From Geobacter metallireducens GS-15 (GTDB lineage Bacteria; Desulfobacterota; Desulfuromonadia; Geobacterales; Geobacteraceae): a stretch of DNA of 32,000 nucleotides. The notes beneath the pieces are model-generated. The model was not told where the DNA came from, did no database searches, and saw only the letters and a list, made by a program, of their open reading frames with translations. The stretch's first letter is position 1; each line of letters starts with the position of its first letter. Below are positions 15,972-25,472 of this stretch, piece by piece. The stretch is taken from NCBI RefSeq assembly GCF_000012925.1, contig NC_007517.1:1470001-1502000 (forward strand), read 5' to 3'. Both the position numbers and the translations under genes were made by a program.

Positions 15972-17294
15972 ATGGTTATTAAAAAAATTATATTTACTAT
16001 AGTTGCTCGTAATTATTATGGTCTTGCACAGGTGTTGCGGCAATCTATTATCAAATACAACGATGACATAACATTCTATGCATTTATTGCTGATGGTATT
16101 CCTAGTGATAATCGTGCACTGTTCAGTGCTGATGCTATTGATGTAAATGTAGTAATGCAGCACTTTGTTGCTCCTGAAAAGTTACAGGAGATGGCTTTTA
16201 AATACAACCTTACTGAATACTGTACTGCTATTAAACCGTTCTGTTTTGAGTACCTTTTTAACCAAACAGATGTTGATCAAATTATTTATCTAGATCCAGA
16301 TATTTTAGTTTTTTCTTCACTGACTCCCGTTTTTGATTGTCTGCAATATGCCTCAATCGTGCTGACCCCACACATTTTATTCCCATCCTCGCTTGAGGGC
16401 AAACGGTCTGATAGAGGGATTATGGCCACTGGTATTTACAACCTCGGCTTTATAGGGGTTTGTCGATCTAATACTGGATTTACATTTATTAGATGGTGGA
16501 GGCAGCGGCTTCTTGATCAGTGTTTCATTGACAGCCATGACGCTTTATTTACTGACCAAAAATGGGCTGATTTTATTCCAGGACTCTTCCCTAGCGAAGA
16601 TGTTTGTGTGCTAAGGCATTCTGGCACAAACATTGCTCCTTGGAATTTTCATGAGAGGGAAGTATTGATTACAGAAGAGGATAGTCTAGTTGTACGACGT
16701 CGACTAGATCCAAATGAATCATTGTTACTTAATAATGAGTGTAAGCAGGAACCAATTATATTTGTGCATTTCTCTGGTTTTGACTACACTTTGTTATGTA
16801 AAGGCGAGGCAGTTCAGTATAACATCAGTGGCTTAAGTATATATAATGATCTTCAGTCGTTAATTGATATATATGTGGCATCTATCCAAGCACAAAAGGA
16901 AACAGTCCTCAAGTTTTTAGGCATGACCTATGGCTACGAATCATTTCAAGATGGCAGCCTAATAATTTCTTTTCATCGTCGCTTATATCGTTCAGCTGTT
17001 GAGTCTGGGCACAATGTCGGCAACCCATTTAGCACTGATAATCATAGTTTTCATAGTCAGCTTGTTAAACATAAACTTTTATTAAACAGGGCCGTGGTTA
17101 AGAAATCTGATCGATCTAATAAATATAATTATCCGAATCTAAGCGATAAATTGATTATAATTAATAGAATGATGAGAGTAATTAGAAAAATCATTGGTTT
17201 AGAAAACTTTCTTTTGTTGTTGCGTTTAATGCGCCCGTATTCTCGAGCAGAGGCACAACTTCATAATGTTTATCAGAATATGAATAAATTATAG
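15972..17294 (+). CDS. Putative GT-A fold (GT8-like) glycosyltransferase with an uncharacterised C-terminal extension
   Basis: N-terminal IIFTIVARNYYGLAQVLRQSI... and the DxD-type motif YLDPDILVF suggest a nucleotide-diphospho-sugar transferase fold. I recognise nothing in the C-terminal 150 aa or so. Start taken at ATG 15972 (MVIKK), just after the GT11 stop. Confidence 0.5.
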   Translation: MVIKKIIFTIVARNYYGLAQVLRQSIIKYNDDITFYAFIADGIPSDNRALFSADAIDVNVVMQHFVAPEKLQEMAFKYNLTEYCTAIKPFCFEYLFNQTDVDQIIYLDPDILVFSSLTPVFDCLQYASIVLTPHILFPSSLEGKRSDRGIMATGIYNLGFIGVCRSNTGFTFIRWWRQRLLDQCFIDSHDALFTDQKWADFIPGLFPSEDVCVLRHSGTNIAPWNFHEREVLITEEDSLVVRRRLDPNESLLLNNECKQEPIIFVHFSGFDYTLLCKGEAVQYNISGLSIYNDLQSLIDIYVASIQAQKETVLKFLGMTYGYESFQDGSLIISFHRRLYRSAVESGHNVGNPFSTDNHSFHSQLVKHKLLLNRAVVKKSDRSNKYNYPNLSDKLIIINRMMRVIRKIIGLENFLLLLRLMRPYSRAEAQLHNVYQNMNKL

Positions 17295-17377
17295 CAATCT
17301 ATTATAGTTTCTTGATGTTACCTTGTCGAATTGATAACAATGATAGTTGATTGTATTATATATAATAGTTGGTTGAT

Positions 17378-18487
17378 ATGCATGATATAGTATATATATT
17401 ACTATTTGTATTTGTTGCTGTCTCTGCGTTTGTTAGCAGTCTATGCCAAGATAAGGCTCTTAAATTTATACTGTTTTCAGCATCGACATTTTTTATGAGT
17501 GCTATAATAGCATTCCGATGGGAAATAGGTACAGATTGGAATTCGTACTACGAATATTTTGTAGGAATAAAAAATGGGTCAGGAAGTTCATATGATAATC
17601 ATTTTGATATAGGATTTTATTTGCTTAACTTTGTTATTGCAAATATAAACGGGAATTACACAATATTTTTAATAGTAACTACAGTTTTATCCACCGTTTT
17701 GGTGAACTATATCATTTATAAAAAATCGAATAATCCGCATCTTGGTCAATTGATTTTCTTGGGAAACTATTTACCAATCCATTTTATGGGAAGTATAAGA
17801 AGGTCGATAGCGATTACATTCGTATTCTTATTTCTTATTTATTCAATACAATATAAAAATAAGATCAAATCTTATATCATTATGATGTTCGCTTTTGCCC
17901 AGCATAAAACGTCTATAATAGGAATAACTAAATTAATTGTGCCAAAGAAACGTTTTTCTGTAAAGGTTATAATTGCTTTAATTGGTGCTGCATATTTTAT
18001 CAACTATATTGGTTTAATTGACCTTATCTTGGAAAAATTATTAATGATTACCGTTGGAGGTCCTGATATTGGGCTTGTGAAAACTATAGCGAACTATTCA
18101 GGTGAAAACTATAAATTATACTCTCCAGAAAATGTAAATCCACAGATGCAATCATTATTATCCATGATAAAAAAAATAATTTATTTATTCTTTTTCACAA
18201 GAGGATTAGCTCGCAATTCAAATTCGTTAGATGATATTTCACTCAACATATATGTAATTGGAATTATGATTTATACACTTTTTATTGGTGCTATGGTTAT
18301 ACAGGTTTTGTCAGTGTATTTTCTATTTATGGAAGTTCTATTAGCTTCTCGTGTGTACAGTAAATTGCGTTTATATGAGAAGAGAGTTTTTCTAATTTAC
18401 ATATTAGTAATATCGTATGCATCCTACGATTCCAATCTTTCAGTGTTCCCAGAATTGTTTAGCCCATATAGGAGTGTTTTATTTTAG
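17378..18487 (+). CDS. wzy: EpsG-family O-antigen/exopolysaccharide polymerase (Wzy-type)
   Basis: About 369 aa, about 10 predicted hydrophobic helices. AFRWEIGTDWNSYYEYF matches the EpsG-family signature (R..vG.D...Y). Extreme AT richness is typical of wzy genes. ATG 17378 preferred over TTG 17369. Confidence 0.7.
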   Translation: MHDIVYILLFVFVAVSAFVSSLCQDKALKFILFSASTFFMSAIIAFRWEIGTDWNSYYEYFVGIKNGSGSSYDNHFDIGFYLLNFVIANINGNYTIFLIVTTVLSTVLVNYIIYKKSNNPHLGQLIFLGNYLPIHFMGSIRRSIAITFVFLFLIYSIQYKNKIKSYIIMMFAFAQHKTSIIGITKLIVPKKRFSVKVIIALIGAAYFINYIGLIDLILEKLLMITVGGPDIGLVKTIANYSGENYKLYSPENVNPQMQSLLSMIKKIIYLFFFTRGLARNSNSLDDISLNIYVIGIMIYTLFIGAMVIQVLSVYFLFMEVLLASRVYSKLRLYEKRVFLIYILVISYASYDSNLSVFPELFSPYRSVLF

Positions 18488-18569
18488 CAGGTTGTCGAAA
18501 AACTAAACCGCTTTGATTCTGATCTCAGAGCCTTTTATTTATTCAACTAAACTATGGGACAGCAGTGAG

Positions 18570-19592
18570 ATGAAAAACATATTAATTATAACTGGGGTAT
18601 TGCCCCCCAAAGTTTGTGGTGTTGGTGATTATACAAAAAACTTACTAGACACTGAAATAGGTAAATTATGGTCACCTTATGTCGCAGAATCTTGGAGATT
18701 TAGAAAACTATCATTCATACTTAAATCGATTGATCAAAGAAAGCCAGACGTAATATTTATGCAATATCCAGCCGAGGGTTATGGGTGGTCACTTGTCCCT
18801 CATATGCTTTTAATTTACTATGTATTTATAAAAAAAATAAAATTCATTACTGTATTGCATGAATATTCAAGTCTTTCATGGAAAAGTCGTTTTTTTATCA
18901 GGAACATTCTTTCTAAATCGTCACAGCTTATATTTACTACAAACTTTGAGTTGAATAACTTAGCTAAACATGTTCCAGGCATATTATCAAAAGCAAATGT
19001 ATTACCGATTCTTTCCAATATTCCTAACCCAAAAGAAATAAAACAAATTTCAGATAGATCGATAGATATTCTATACTTTGGTCATATTCGTCCCAATAAA
19101 GGTATCGAAGATTTCCTTAGAGTTATATGCTCGAGCAAAATAGTAAACAAAAATCTAAGTATTAAGTTAGTTGGGCAAATTCCAAAAGGCTATGAAAATT
19201 ATATAAAATCGCTTCAGGCTATTTATCCTCAAGTTATGAACATCACTACTTTAAATGCAGATCTTGACTTGGTTCATACCATGCTTGGTGAAGCTAAAAT
19301 TTGTTTTCTTCCTTATCCAGATGGTATTTCAGAACGACGTGGATCATTTTTGGCAGCAATTCAACATGGATCTGTAGTGGCTTCATACGTTGGGACATGG
19401 ACTCCTAGCGGATTAACAAGTGCATTCATTCCACTGGAAAGAGGTCATGAGGCTGAAAAGATTTTATATTTCCTATCAAACAATGAATTGTTAACTAGTC
19501 AACAACTTAATTCAATTTCCTACCATAATGAATCTGGGATCACAAATTGGAATGAGCTATCAAATGCATATTTAAAAATATCTGAATTATAG
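18570..19592 (+). CDS. GT4-family (group 1) glycosyltransferase
   Basis: MKNILIITGVLPPKVCGVGDYTKNL N-terminus and a C-terminal Rossmann-like half (ILYFGHIRPNKGIEDF...). Start moved to ATG 18570. Confidence 0.65.
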   Translation: MKNILIITGVLPPKVCGVGDYTKNLLDTEIGKLWSPYVAESWRFRKLSFILKSIDQRKPDVIFMQYPAEGYGWSLVPHMLLIYYVFIKKIKFITVLHEYSSLSWKSRFFIRNILSKSSQLIFTTNFELNNLAKHVPGILSKANVLPILSNIPNPKEIKQISDRSIDILYFGHIRPNKGIEDFLRVICSSKIVNKNLSIKLVGQIPKGYENYIKSLQAIYPQVMNITTLNADLDLVHTMLGEAKICFLPYPDGISERRGSFLAAIQHGSVVASYVGTWTPSGLTSAFIPLERGHEAEKILYFLSNNELLTSQQLNSISYHNESGITNWNELSNAYLKISEL

Positions 19593-19651
19593 GCGAAATT
19601 ATTAATATCTGCTTTGCAAATGAGTGCAAACTTTATACTGAGTAGGTTATA

Positions 19652-20641
19652 ATGAAGGTTATCGTTAATTTATATCATATAAAATCAACTAATGGACTTT
19701 ATTTCTATGCTCTTGATTATATCAAACAGTTAGATGGTAGAATATTAAAAATACTTGTCAGGCCTAAGCTGTACGAGCATATAATTAATACTTTTCCAGC
19801 TCTTACAGTAAAAATATGTAGTTGGGTAAGCTTGGTGAGAGAGTTGTTTTCAGCAGATGAAACTAATATGCTGATCTATACTCCAACGCCACACCCGATG
19901 CCTTTTTTAAACAATCAGTTAATTGTAATGCACGATTTTTATCCGTTTAATTATGGTAAGTATTCAACCTTAAAGAAACTACTTTTAAAAATATCACTAG
20001 CAAGTTCAAACTGTCGCGTTGCGTATATTAATAAATCTGAAATGCTTCCATCCATACTAAGCATGGGCATTGAGGAGAAAAGATGTTTGTTTGCACCGAA
20101 TAGATTTCCATCTAAATTGGATATTGAAACTAGATCTAACTATAAACGGGGGGCAATTCTAAAAGTAGCGCTTGTGGGTACGGATTCACCCAAAAAAAAT
20201 TACGATGAACTATTTCATATGATTGTAGATTATAATGTAACTGATAAATTCATTTTTTATATATATGGACATGAAAACAAGTACTATCACGATCTTTGCG
20301 CTGATTTTAAATCAATAAATATCTCGATCATTAATAGTGATACTGTGACGCTAGAGCAGTTTTTTGTAAACATCGATATTCTTGTTTCTGTTGCTAACCA
20401 TGAAGGTTTTGGTCGCCCAATAGCCGTTGCTTTATTGCTAGGTGTTCCTTGTTTTCTGCTTGAACGTAAAGTATTTAAGGAGTTTTTTGATCCTGGCGCT
20501 ATTTTCTATGAAACAGTATCCGAGATGGTGCTTGAGATGATATCTTATACAACAAAGGAACTACCTGAAGTTAATTTTCTACCTTCGTCTGAATATATTA
20601 TGGCTTACGAGAATGCACTTGCTGTACTATCCCAAAATTAA
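19652..20641 (+). CDS. GT-B fold glycosyltransferase (GT4-like)
   Basis: 329 aa. SVANHEGFGRPIAVALLLGVPCF resembles the EGFG...EAma.G.P donor-binding motif of GT4 enzymes. Confidence 0.6.
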   Translation: MKVIVNLYHIKSTNGLYFYALDYIKQLDGRILKILVRPKLYEHIINTFPALTVKICSWVSLVRELFSADETNMLIYTPTPHPMPFLNNQLIVMHDFYPFNYGKYSTLKKLLLKISLASSNCRVAYINKSEMLPSILSMGIEEKRCLFAPNRFPSKLDIETRSNYKRGAILKVALVGTDSPKKNYDELFHMIVDYNVTDKFIFYIYGHENKYYHDLCADFKSINISIINSDTVTLEQFFVNIDILVSVANHEGFGRPIAVALLLGVPCFLLERKVFKEFFDPGAIFYETVSEMVLEMISYTTKELPEVNFLPSSEYIMAYENALAVLSQN

Positions 20642-20652
20642 CATGTTGCATT

Positions 20653-20770
20653 ACTGCTGCCTCAGAAAAGCATACGGTTTTAAATCGATCAAGTGCCTAC
20701 AACGGCTCTATATCATACACTTGGCGAATTGCCGGAACCTGTTGTAATCCACAGATTCAGATGAAGTCTC
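20653..20770 (+). mobile_element. Remnant: 3'-terminal 115 bp or so of a related ISL3 element
   Basis: Collinear with 22035-22150 of the adjacent full element at roughly 80 percent identity by eye (e.g. ATCAAGTGCCT, CTATATCA.ACACTTGGCGA.TTGCC.GAACC, CCACAGATTC). It includes a right-IR-like end and begins 12 nt after the glycosyltransferase stop. Confidence 0.75.
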
Positions 20771-20778
20771 ATATTTAT

Positions 20779-22150
20779 GCCTCGTCCGCAGAATCTGTGG
20801 GTAGTTGGCTGAAAAAATAAGGGCATTGCCCCTCCGTGAAGGATAAGATTGTTTTTGCGAGAAACGATCAAGTCCGACACGGGAGAAGCAATGCTTATCA
20901 AGACTGTACTGAACAAGTTCGAGCGTTTCAAGTCCTTCATTTACGGAGATTGCCGACTGGCGAAAGTCGGCGGCTCAGAAGCACTGGTCATTGACATCAA
21001 GGCTCGTCGCAACAGCAAGCCCGAATGCCCGGAATGTGGCAAGCGAGGCAAGACATACGACACGCAACCGGCCCGACTGTTCGAGTATGTGCCGATCTGG
21101 GCGTTCAAGGTCTTCTTTCGCTACGCTCCCCGTCGGGTTCTGTGCCCAATCCATGGGGTAAAGGTTGAATCCCTCCCCTGGGGGTATGGCAAAGAGCAAA
21201 TGACGATCTCGTACCAGGTCTATCTTGCCCGGTGGGCTCGGCGACTCTCCTGGAAGGAAGTTGCCGAAATCTTTAAGACCAGTTGGGACAGCATCTTTCG
21301 GGCGGTGCAGTATGCTGTCGATTACGGCCTGGCAAACAGAAACCTTGATGGCGTTACGGAAATCGGTGTTGATGAAATTGCCGTCTTCAAGGGCCATCAG
21401 TATCTTACGATGGTCTATCAGCTCAATGCCGGCGTCAGGCGTCTTCTCTGGTGTGGTCCGCAACGTCGGATAAGAACGCTACTGCGCTTCTTTCGGGAAT
21501 TCGGCAAAGAACGCAGCGCCAAGCTCAAGTATGTCTGCAGCGACATGTGGGCACCGTATCTCAAGGTTATCGCCAAGCGGGCACCCAATGCCGTGAACAT
21601 CCTCGACCGCTTCCACATCATGCGGAAGTTTAACGAAGCGATTGACGAGGTTCGGCGCACCGAAGCCAAGGAGTTCAAGGCCGCCAAGCAGGAGAACGTC
21701 CTGGAAAAGGGCCGTTGGTTGCTGCTGAAACGGCCGGAAAATCTGTCCGAGAAGCAGACGTCACGATTGGGAGATTTGCTCAAGCTCAACCTCTCATCAA
21801 TCAAGGCATATCTGCTGCGCGAGGACTTTCAGCAGTTCTGGGACTACCAGCGGTCTGACTTTGCTGGCAAGTTCCTCGACGACTGGGTCATCAGGACAAT
21901 GCAAACTGACCTGGAACCGATGAAGAAGGTTGCCAGGATGTTACGCAACCACAAACCGATGATTCTCAACTGGTTCAAGGCAAAAGGCCGACTTTCCAGC
22001 GGCGCGGTAGAGGGTCTGAACCTCAAAGCAAAACTGACTATCAGAAAAGCGTACGGTTTCCGAACCATCAAGTGCCTGCAAGTGGCGCTATATCACACAC
22101 TTGGCGACTTGCCAGAACCCCTGTGTCACCACAGATTCTGCTAAAGAGCC
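20779..22150 (+). mobile_element. ISL3-family insertion sequence (copy 2, different from copy 1)
   Basis: IRL GCCTCGTCCGCAGAATCTGTGG (20779-20800) vs the reverse complement of 22129-22150 (GGCTCTTTAGCAGAATCTGTGG) match 18/22. Perfect 8-bp direct duplication ATATTTAT (20771-20778 and 22151-22158). Confidence 0.85.
20891..22144 (+). CDS. ISL3-family transposase
   Basis: ATG 20891 follows GGGAGAAG. Zinc-finger region CPECG...CP.HG, then the ISL3 DDE region, and C-terminal GLNLKAKLTIRKAYGFR. The stop lies inside the right IR. The ORF-track start at 20849 is a TTG. Confidence 0.9.
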   Translation: MLIKTVLNKFERFKSFIYGDCRLAKVGGSEALVIDIKARRNSKPECPECGKRGKTYDTQPARLFEYVPIWAFKVFFRYAPRRVLCPIHGVKVESLPWGYGKEQMTISYQVYLARWARRLSWKEVAEIFKTSWDSIFRAVQYAVDYGLANRNLDGVTEIGVDEIAVFKGHQYLTMVYQLNAGVRRLLWCGPQRRIRTLLRFFREFGKERSAKLKYVCSDMWAPYLKVIAKRAPNAVNILDRFHIMRKFNEAIDEVRRTEAKEFKAAKQENVLEKGRWLLLKRPENLSEKQTSRLGDLLKLNLSSIKAYLLREDFQQFWDYQRSDFAGKFLDDWVIRTMQTDLEPMKKVARMLRNHKPMILNWFKAKGRLSSGAVEGLNLKAKLTIRKAYGFRTIKCLQVALYHTLGDLPEPLCHHRFC

Positions 22151-22252
22151 ATATTTATTGACCTAATCATATAAGTGGACGTAGTTTCCATTAAATTACA
22201 GTTGCTGGTATACCAAGGATATGGCTTCTAAATTGTATATGAAACTATAATC

Positions 22253-23155
22253 ATGACTAATAACAGTACAAAAGTGTGTGTATTACTTGCTACCTACAAT
22301 GGTACGAAATGGTGTCTCGATCAGGTCAAATCAATATTAAATCAAGAAGATGTTAACTTAGAAGTTTTTGTCAGCGATGATCTTTCTTCCGATTCAACAA
22401 CTGATTTACTAGCTTTATTGAATGATTCTCGTATTCATATTCTAGCTAGTTCATACAAGTTTGGTTCAGCTTGCCAAAACTTTTTCAGATTAGTTAGAGA
22501 TGTTGACTTTTCTGAATATGACTATATAGCTTTTGCTGACCAAGATGATCTTTGGAACCCAAATAAGCTTTCTTATTCAATTGAGCAATTGAACGCACAT
22601 TGCGCGGATGCGTTTTCTTCCAATGTTACTGCTTTTTGGCCTGATGGTAGAGCTAGATTGATTGTTAAGGATCAGCCCCAAAGAGAGTGGGATTTTTTGT
22701 TTGAGTCAGCTGGGCCAGGCTGTACTTTTGTTCTTACCAAAAAGCTTGCGTGTAATTTGGCTAATTTTTTACACAATAATTATGAAAAGACAAAAGGTGT
22801 AGCTTTGCACGACTGGTTTACCTATGCTTTTGCGCGCAGCAATTCTTATAGTTGGTGGATTGATTCTCAACCAACTATGATGTATCGACAACATGAGTCT
22901 AACGAGTTTGGTGTTAATAGCGGTGTTACAGCGGCACTGTCACGATTTAGGAAAACAAGTAATGGCTGGTATCGCAATCAGGTGATTCTTATCGGTGATC
23001 TTGTCGGAGCGGAGGATTCCTGGCCAATTAAGCGTATGAGACGATTTTCTCTTTTGGACAGAATGTTGCTGCTTTTTAATGTCTTTGCATTCCGTAGGTC
23101 GTTTCGGGATCGAATAGCATTATTTTTTTTACTATTGTTGCCGCAGAAAAAATAG
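22253..23155 (+). CDS. GT2-family glycosyltransferase
   Basis: VCVLLATYNGTKWCLDQVKSILNQ...VFVSDDLSSDST and FADQDDLWNPNKL are classic GT2 (GT-A, DxD) motifs of rhamnosyl/hexosyl transferases in O-antigen loci. Confidence 0.8.
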   Translation: MTNNSTKVCVLLATYNGTKWCLDQVKSILNQEDVNLEVFVSDDLSSDSTTDLLALLNDSRIHILASSYKFGSACQNFFRLVRDVDFSEYDYIAFADQDDLWNPNKLSYSIEQLNAHCADAFSSNVTAFWPDGRARLIVKDQPQREWDFLFESAGPGCTFVLTKKLACNLANFLHNNYEKTKGVALHDWFTYAFARSNSYSWWIDSQPTMMYRQHESNEFGVNSGVTAALSRFRKTSNGWYRNQVILIGDLVGAEDSWPIKRMRRFSLLDRMLLLFNVFAFRRSFRDRIALFFLLLLPQKK

Positions 23156-23176
23156 CTTTACCGCGGAATATTCAAC

Positions 23177-24193
23177 ATGCAACCAAATACCTATTTTCTG
23201 CATAACATCCTCGTTACCGGCGCAACCGGCTTTGTAGGTAGTTTTCTCTGCTCGCGTCTGCTTGCCGAAGGGATGTCTGTCCGTGGAACCTTTCTAGTTA
23301 CTGAAAATCCCGATTCTCTTGTCAAGGGCACTGAACAGGCATTGATCGAACCAATTGGGCCTGCCACATTCTGGGGCCATGCGCTTGCTGGTGCTGGCAC
23401 GGTTATCCACCTGGCGGCTCGTGTGCATGTGATGCGGGAGCGTGCTGCTGATCCGTTGAAAGAGTTCCGGTTTGTAAATACAGAGGGGACTGCACACCTT
23501 GCACGGGAAGCTGCCAAAGCCGGCGTCAAACGTTTCGTCTTTATGGGCACGATAGGTGTCAATGGCGACAACTCGGGAGATGCCCCTTACATTGAATCCA
23601 GCCCGCCATATCCCCACAACCCTTATTCTGTTTCGAAATATGAAGCCGAACAACTGTTGCGGCAGATATCTTCCGAGACAGGCATGGAGGTTGTGATAAT
23701 CCGTGCACCCCTCGTCTATGGGCCGGGAAATCCTGGTAATTTCCTCTCTCTGCTGAAGGCTGTCAACGGCGATTATGGATTCAAAACTTTGAATTTTGGA
23801 TTGAAAGTCTTACCCCTCCCACTTGCCTCAATCAATAACAAACGTAGCCTGATCTATGTCGGCAACCTTGTTGATGCACTGGTAACTTGCGCAACACATC
23901 CTGCCGCAGTTGGGCAGACATACCTCGTCAGTGATGGTGAAGATGTTTCTACTCCCGAACTTATCCGTCGTACGGCCGCGGCTCTTGGGGTGCCGGCACG
24001 ACTGTTCCCATTCCCAGTTCCTCTTATGAAGCTTGCTGGTAAACTGATTGACAAGAGTGCTGCGGTCAATCGGCTGACCGGTTCTCTGACTGTTGATAGC
24101 TCCAAAATCAGGCGGGAGCTTGGCTGGCAACCGCCGTTTACCATGGAAGAGGGATTGCAGGAGACTGCAAAATGGTTCGAAAAGCAAGGTTGA
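23177..24193 (+). CDS. NAD-dependent SDR epimerase/reductase (WbpV/WbpK-like UDP-sugar 4-epimerase or 4-keto reductase)
   Basis: ILVTGATGFVGSFLCSRLL Rossmann motif and YSVSKYEAE catalytic YxxxK. Position next to a phosphoglycosyl transferase and a CapD-type dehydratase. It contains an anomalous AT-rich 39-nt in-frame segment (23771-23809). Confidence 0.8.
   Translation: MQPNTYFLHNILVTGATGFVGSFLCSRLLAEGMSVRGTFLVTENPDSLVKGTEQALIEPIGPATFWGHALAGAGTVIHLAARVHVMRERAADPLKEFRFVNTEGTAHLAREAAKAGVKRFVFMGTIGVNGDNSGDAPYIESSPPYPHNPYSVSKYEAEQLLRQISSETGMEVVIIRAPLVYGPGNPGNFLSLLKAVNGDYGFKTLNFGLKVLPLPLASINNKRSLIYVGNLVDALVTCATHPAAVGQTYLVSDGEDVSTPELIRRTAAALGVPARLFPFPVPLMKLAGKLIDKSAAVNRLTGSLTVDSSKIRRELGWQPPFTMEEGLQETAKWFEKQG
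23777..23804. repeat. GAATTTTGRAT motif, inverted pair inside the SDR gene
   Basis: GAATTTTGGATTGA (23791-23804) is preceded by GGATTCAAAACTTT (23777-23790), whose reverse complement AAAGTTTTGAATCC resembles the same unit. TTGAATTTTGGAT (23789-23801) is identical to 24190-24202. Confidence 0.6.
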
Positions 24194-24219
24194 ATTTTGG
24201 ATGTCGAATTCTGGATGAC
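24192..24219. repeat. Tandem pair of the 14-bp GAATTTTGRATGNN motif
   Basis: GAATTTTGGATGTC (24192-24205) plus GAATTCTGGATGAC (24206-24219), overlapping the last two bases of the SDR stop codon (TGA, 24191-24193) and running downstream. Confidence 0.7.
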
Positions 24220-24287
24220 TGGCAAAAGAGCAGATTTGGCATGTTTTATCCTTGCAAATCATGGAGTGATATTCCAAAATTACAAAT

Positions 24288-25472
24288 ATGATATCCCGCG
24301 CACTTTATCCATTCCTGTCAGAGGCGCTTGACTCTTCACCTGCCGTCGCGTTGCTGGGGCCACGCCAGGTCGGCAAGACCACCCTGGCCCTTGAGATAGG
24401 CAAGGTGCGCGGCGCACTGTATCTGGACCTTGAATCCGAGCAGGATCTCGCCAAGCTTGCCCAGCCCGAATTGTATCTTGAGGATCATCAGGACAGGCTG
24501 GTGATCTTTGATGAAGTGCATCGTCTGCCAGGATTATTCCCTGTATTGCGTGGATTTATTGACAAGGGGCGCCGTGCCGGATTGCGCACGGGGCGCTTTC
24601 TTCTGCTTGGTTCTGCTTCGCTTGATTTGCTGAAACAGTCCGGCGAAACATTGGCCGGGAGGATTTCCTACCTTGAGTTATCCCCTTTTAATATCCTTGA
24701 AACAGGCGAGAGGACATCAGAAGATCTCTGGGTTGCAGGCGGGTTCCCGGAAAGCCTGCTGGCGAAAAACCCGCGCCAGAGCCTGCGCTGGAGACAGGAT
24801 TTCATCCGCACCTATCTTGAACGCGATATTCCGCAGTTCGGCCCGCGGATAGCCGCAGAAGCGTTGCGCCGTTTTTGGGTAATGCTGGCCCATAATCAAG
24901 GGGGGGTACTGAATGCGGCTCAATTTTCACGCAATCTGGGTGTGGATGTAAAAACCGTCACTAATTACCTTGATCTGCTTGTTGATCTGATGCTGGTCCG
25001 TCGTCTCCCACCCTGGCACGGCAATATCGGGAAGAGGCTGGTCAAGTCACCAAAGGTGTATGTGCGTGACAGCGGCCTTGTGCATGCATTGCTCGGCATA
25101 CAGGATAAAGAGGGTTTGCTGGCGCACCCGGTTGTCGGGCAGAGCTGGGAGTGTTTTGTGGTGGAAAATCTCCTTGGGGCAGGGATTGGGGCTCCGCAGG
25201 GTTTTTTCTACCGGACCGGCGGAGGTGCTGAAATAGATCTGCTGCTGACATGGCCTGACGAGGAGATATGGGCTGTGGAGATCAAGAGAAGCCTCAGCCC
25301 CAGGCCTGAACGGGGATTTTACTCGGCCTGTTCCGATCTGGCCCCGGCGAAAAAATATGTCGTGTACCCTGGTGCCGAACGCTATCGAATTGCACCTGAC
25401 ATAGAGGCGATTCCACTCCCGCAGCTGGCTGCCGAAATTCACGCAAAGGCAATTTTGAATGTTGAATTTTGA
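24288..25472 (+). CDS. AAA+ ATPase with DUF4143-type C-terminal domain
   Basis: Walker A LLGPRQVGKTTLA and Walker B LVIFDEVH. The overall 394-aa architecture is typical of the ATP-binding protein / DUF4143 family. It is unrelated to glycan synthesis. Confidence 0.8.
   Translation: MISRALYPFLSEALDSSPAVALLGPRQVGKTTLALEIGKVRGALYLDLESEQDLAKLAQPELYLEDHQDRLVIFDEVHRLPGLFPVLRGFIDKGRRAGLRTGRFLLLGSASLDLLKQSGETLAGRISYLELSPFNILETGERTSEDLWVAGGFPESLLAKNPRQSLRWRQDFIRTYLERDIPQFGPRIAAEALRRFWVMLAHNQGGVLNAAQFSRNLGVDVKTVTNYLDLLVDLMLVRRLPPWHGNIGKRLVKSPKVYVRDSGLVHALLGIQDKEGLLAHPVVGQSWECFVVENLLGAGIGAPQGFFYRTGGGAEIDLLLTWPDEEIWAVEIKRSLSPRPERGFYSACSDLAPAKKYVVYPGAERYRIAPDIEAIPLPQLAAEIHAKAILNVEF

Noticed and set aside
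20713-20940. 75-aa minus-strand ORF spanning the ISL3 remnant and the left end of ISL3 copy 2.
   Set aside because: It crosses an IS boundary and lies antisense to transposase-derived sequence. It has no motifs.
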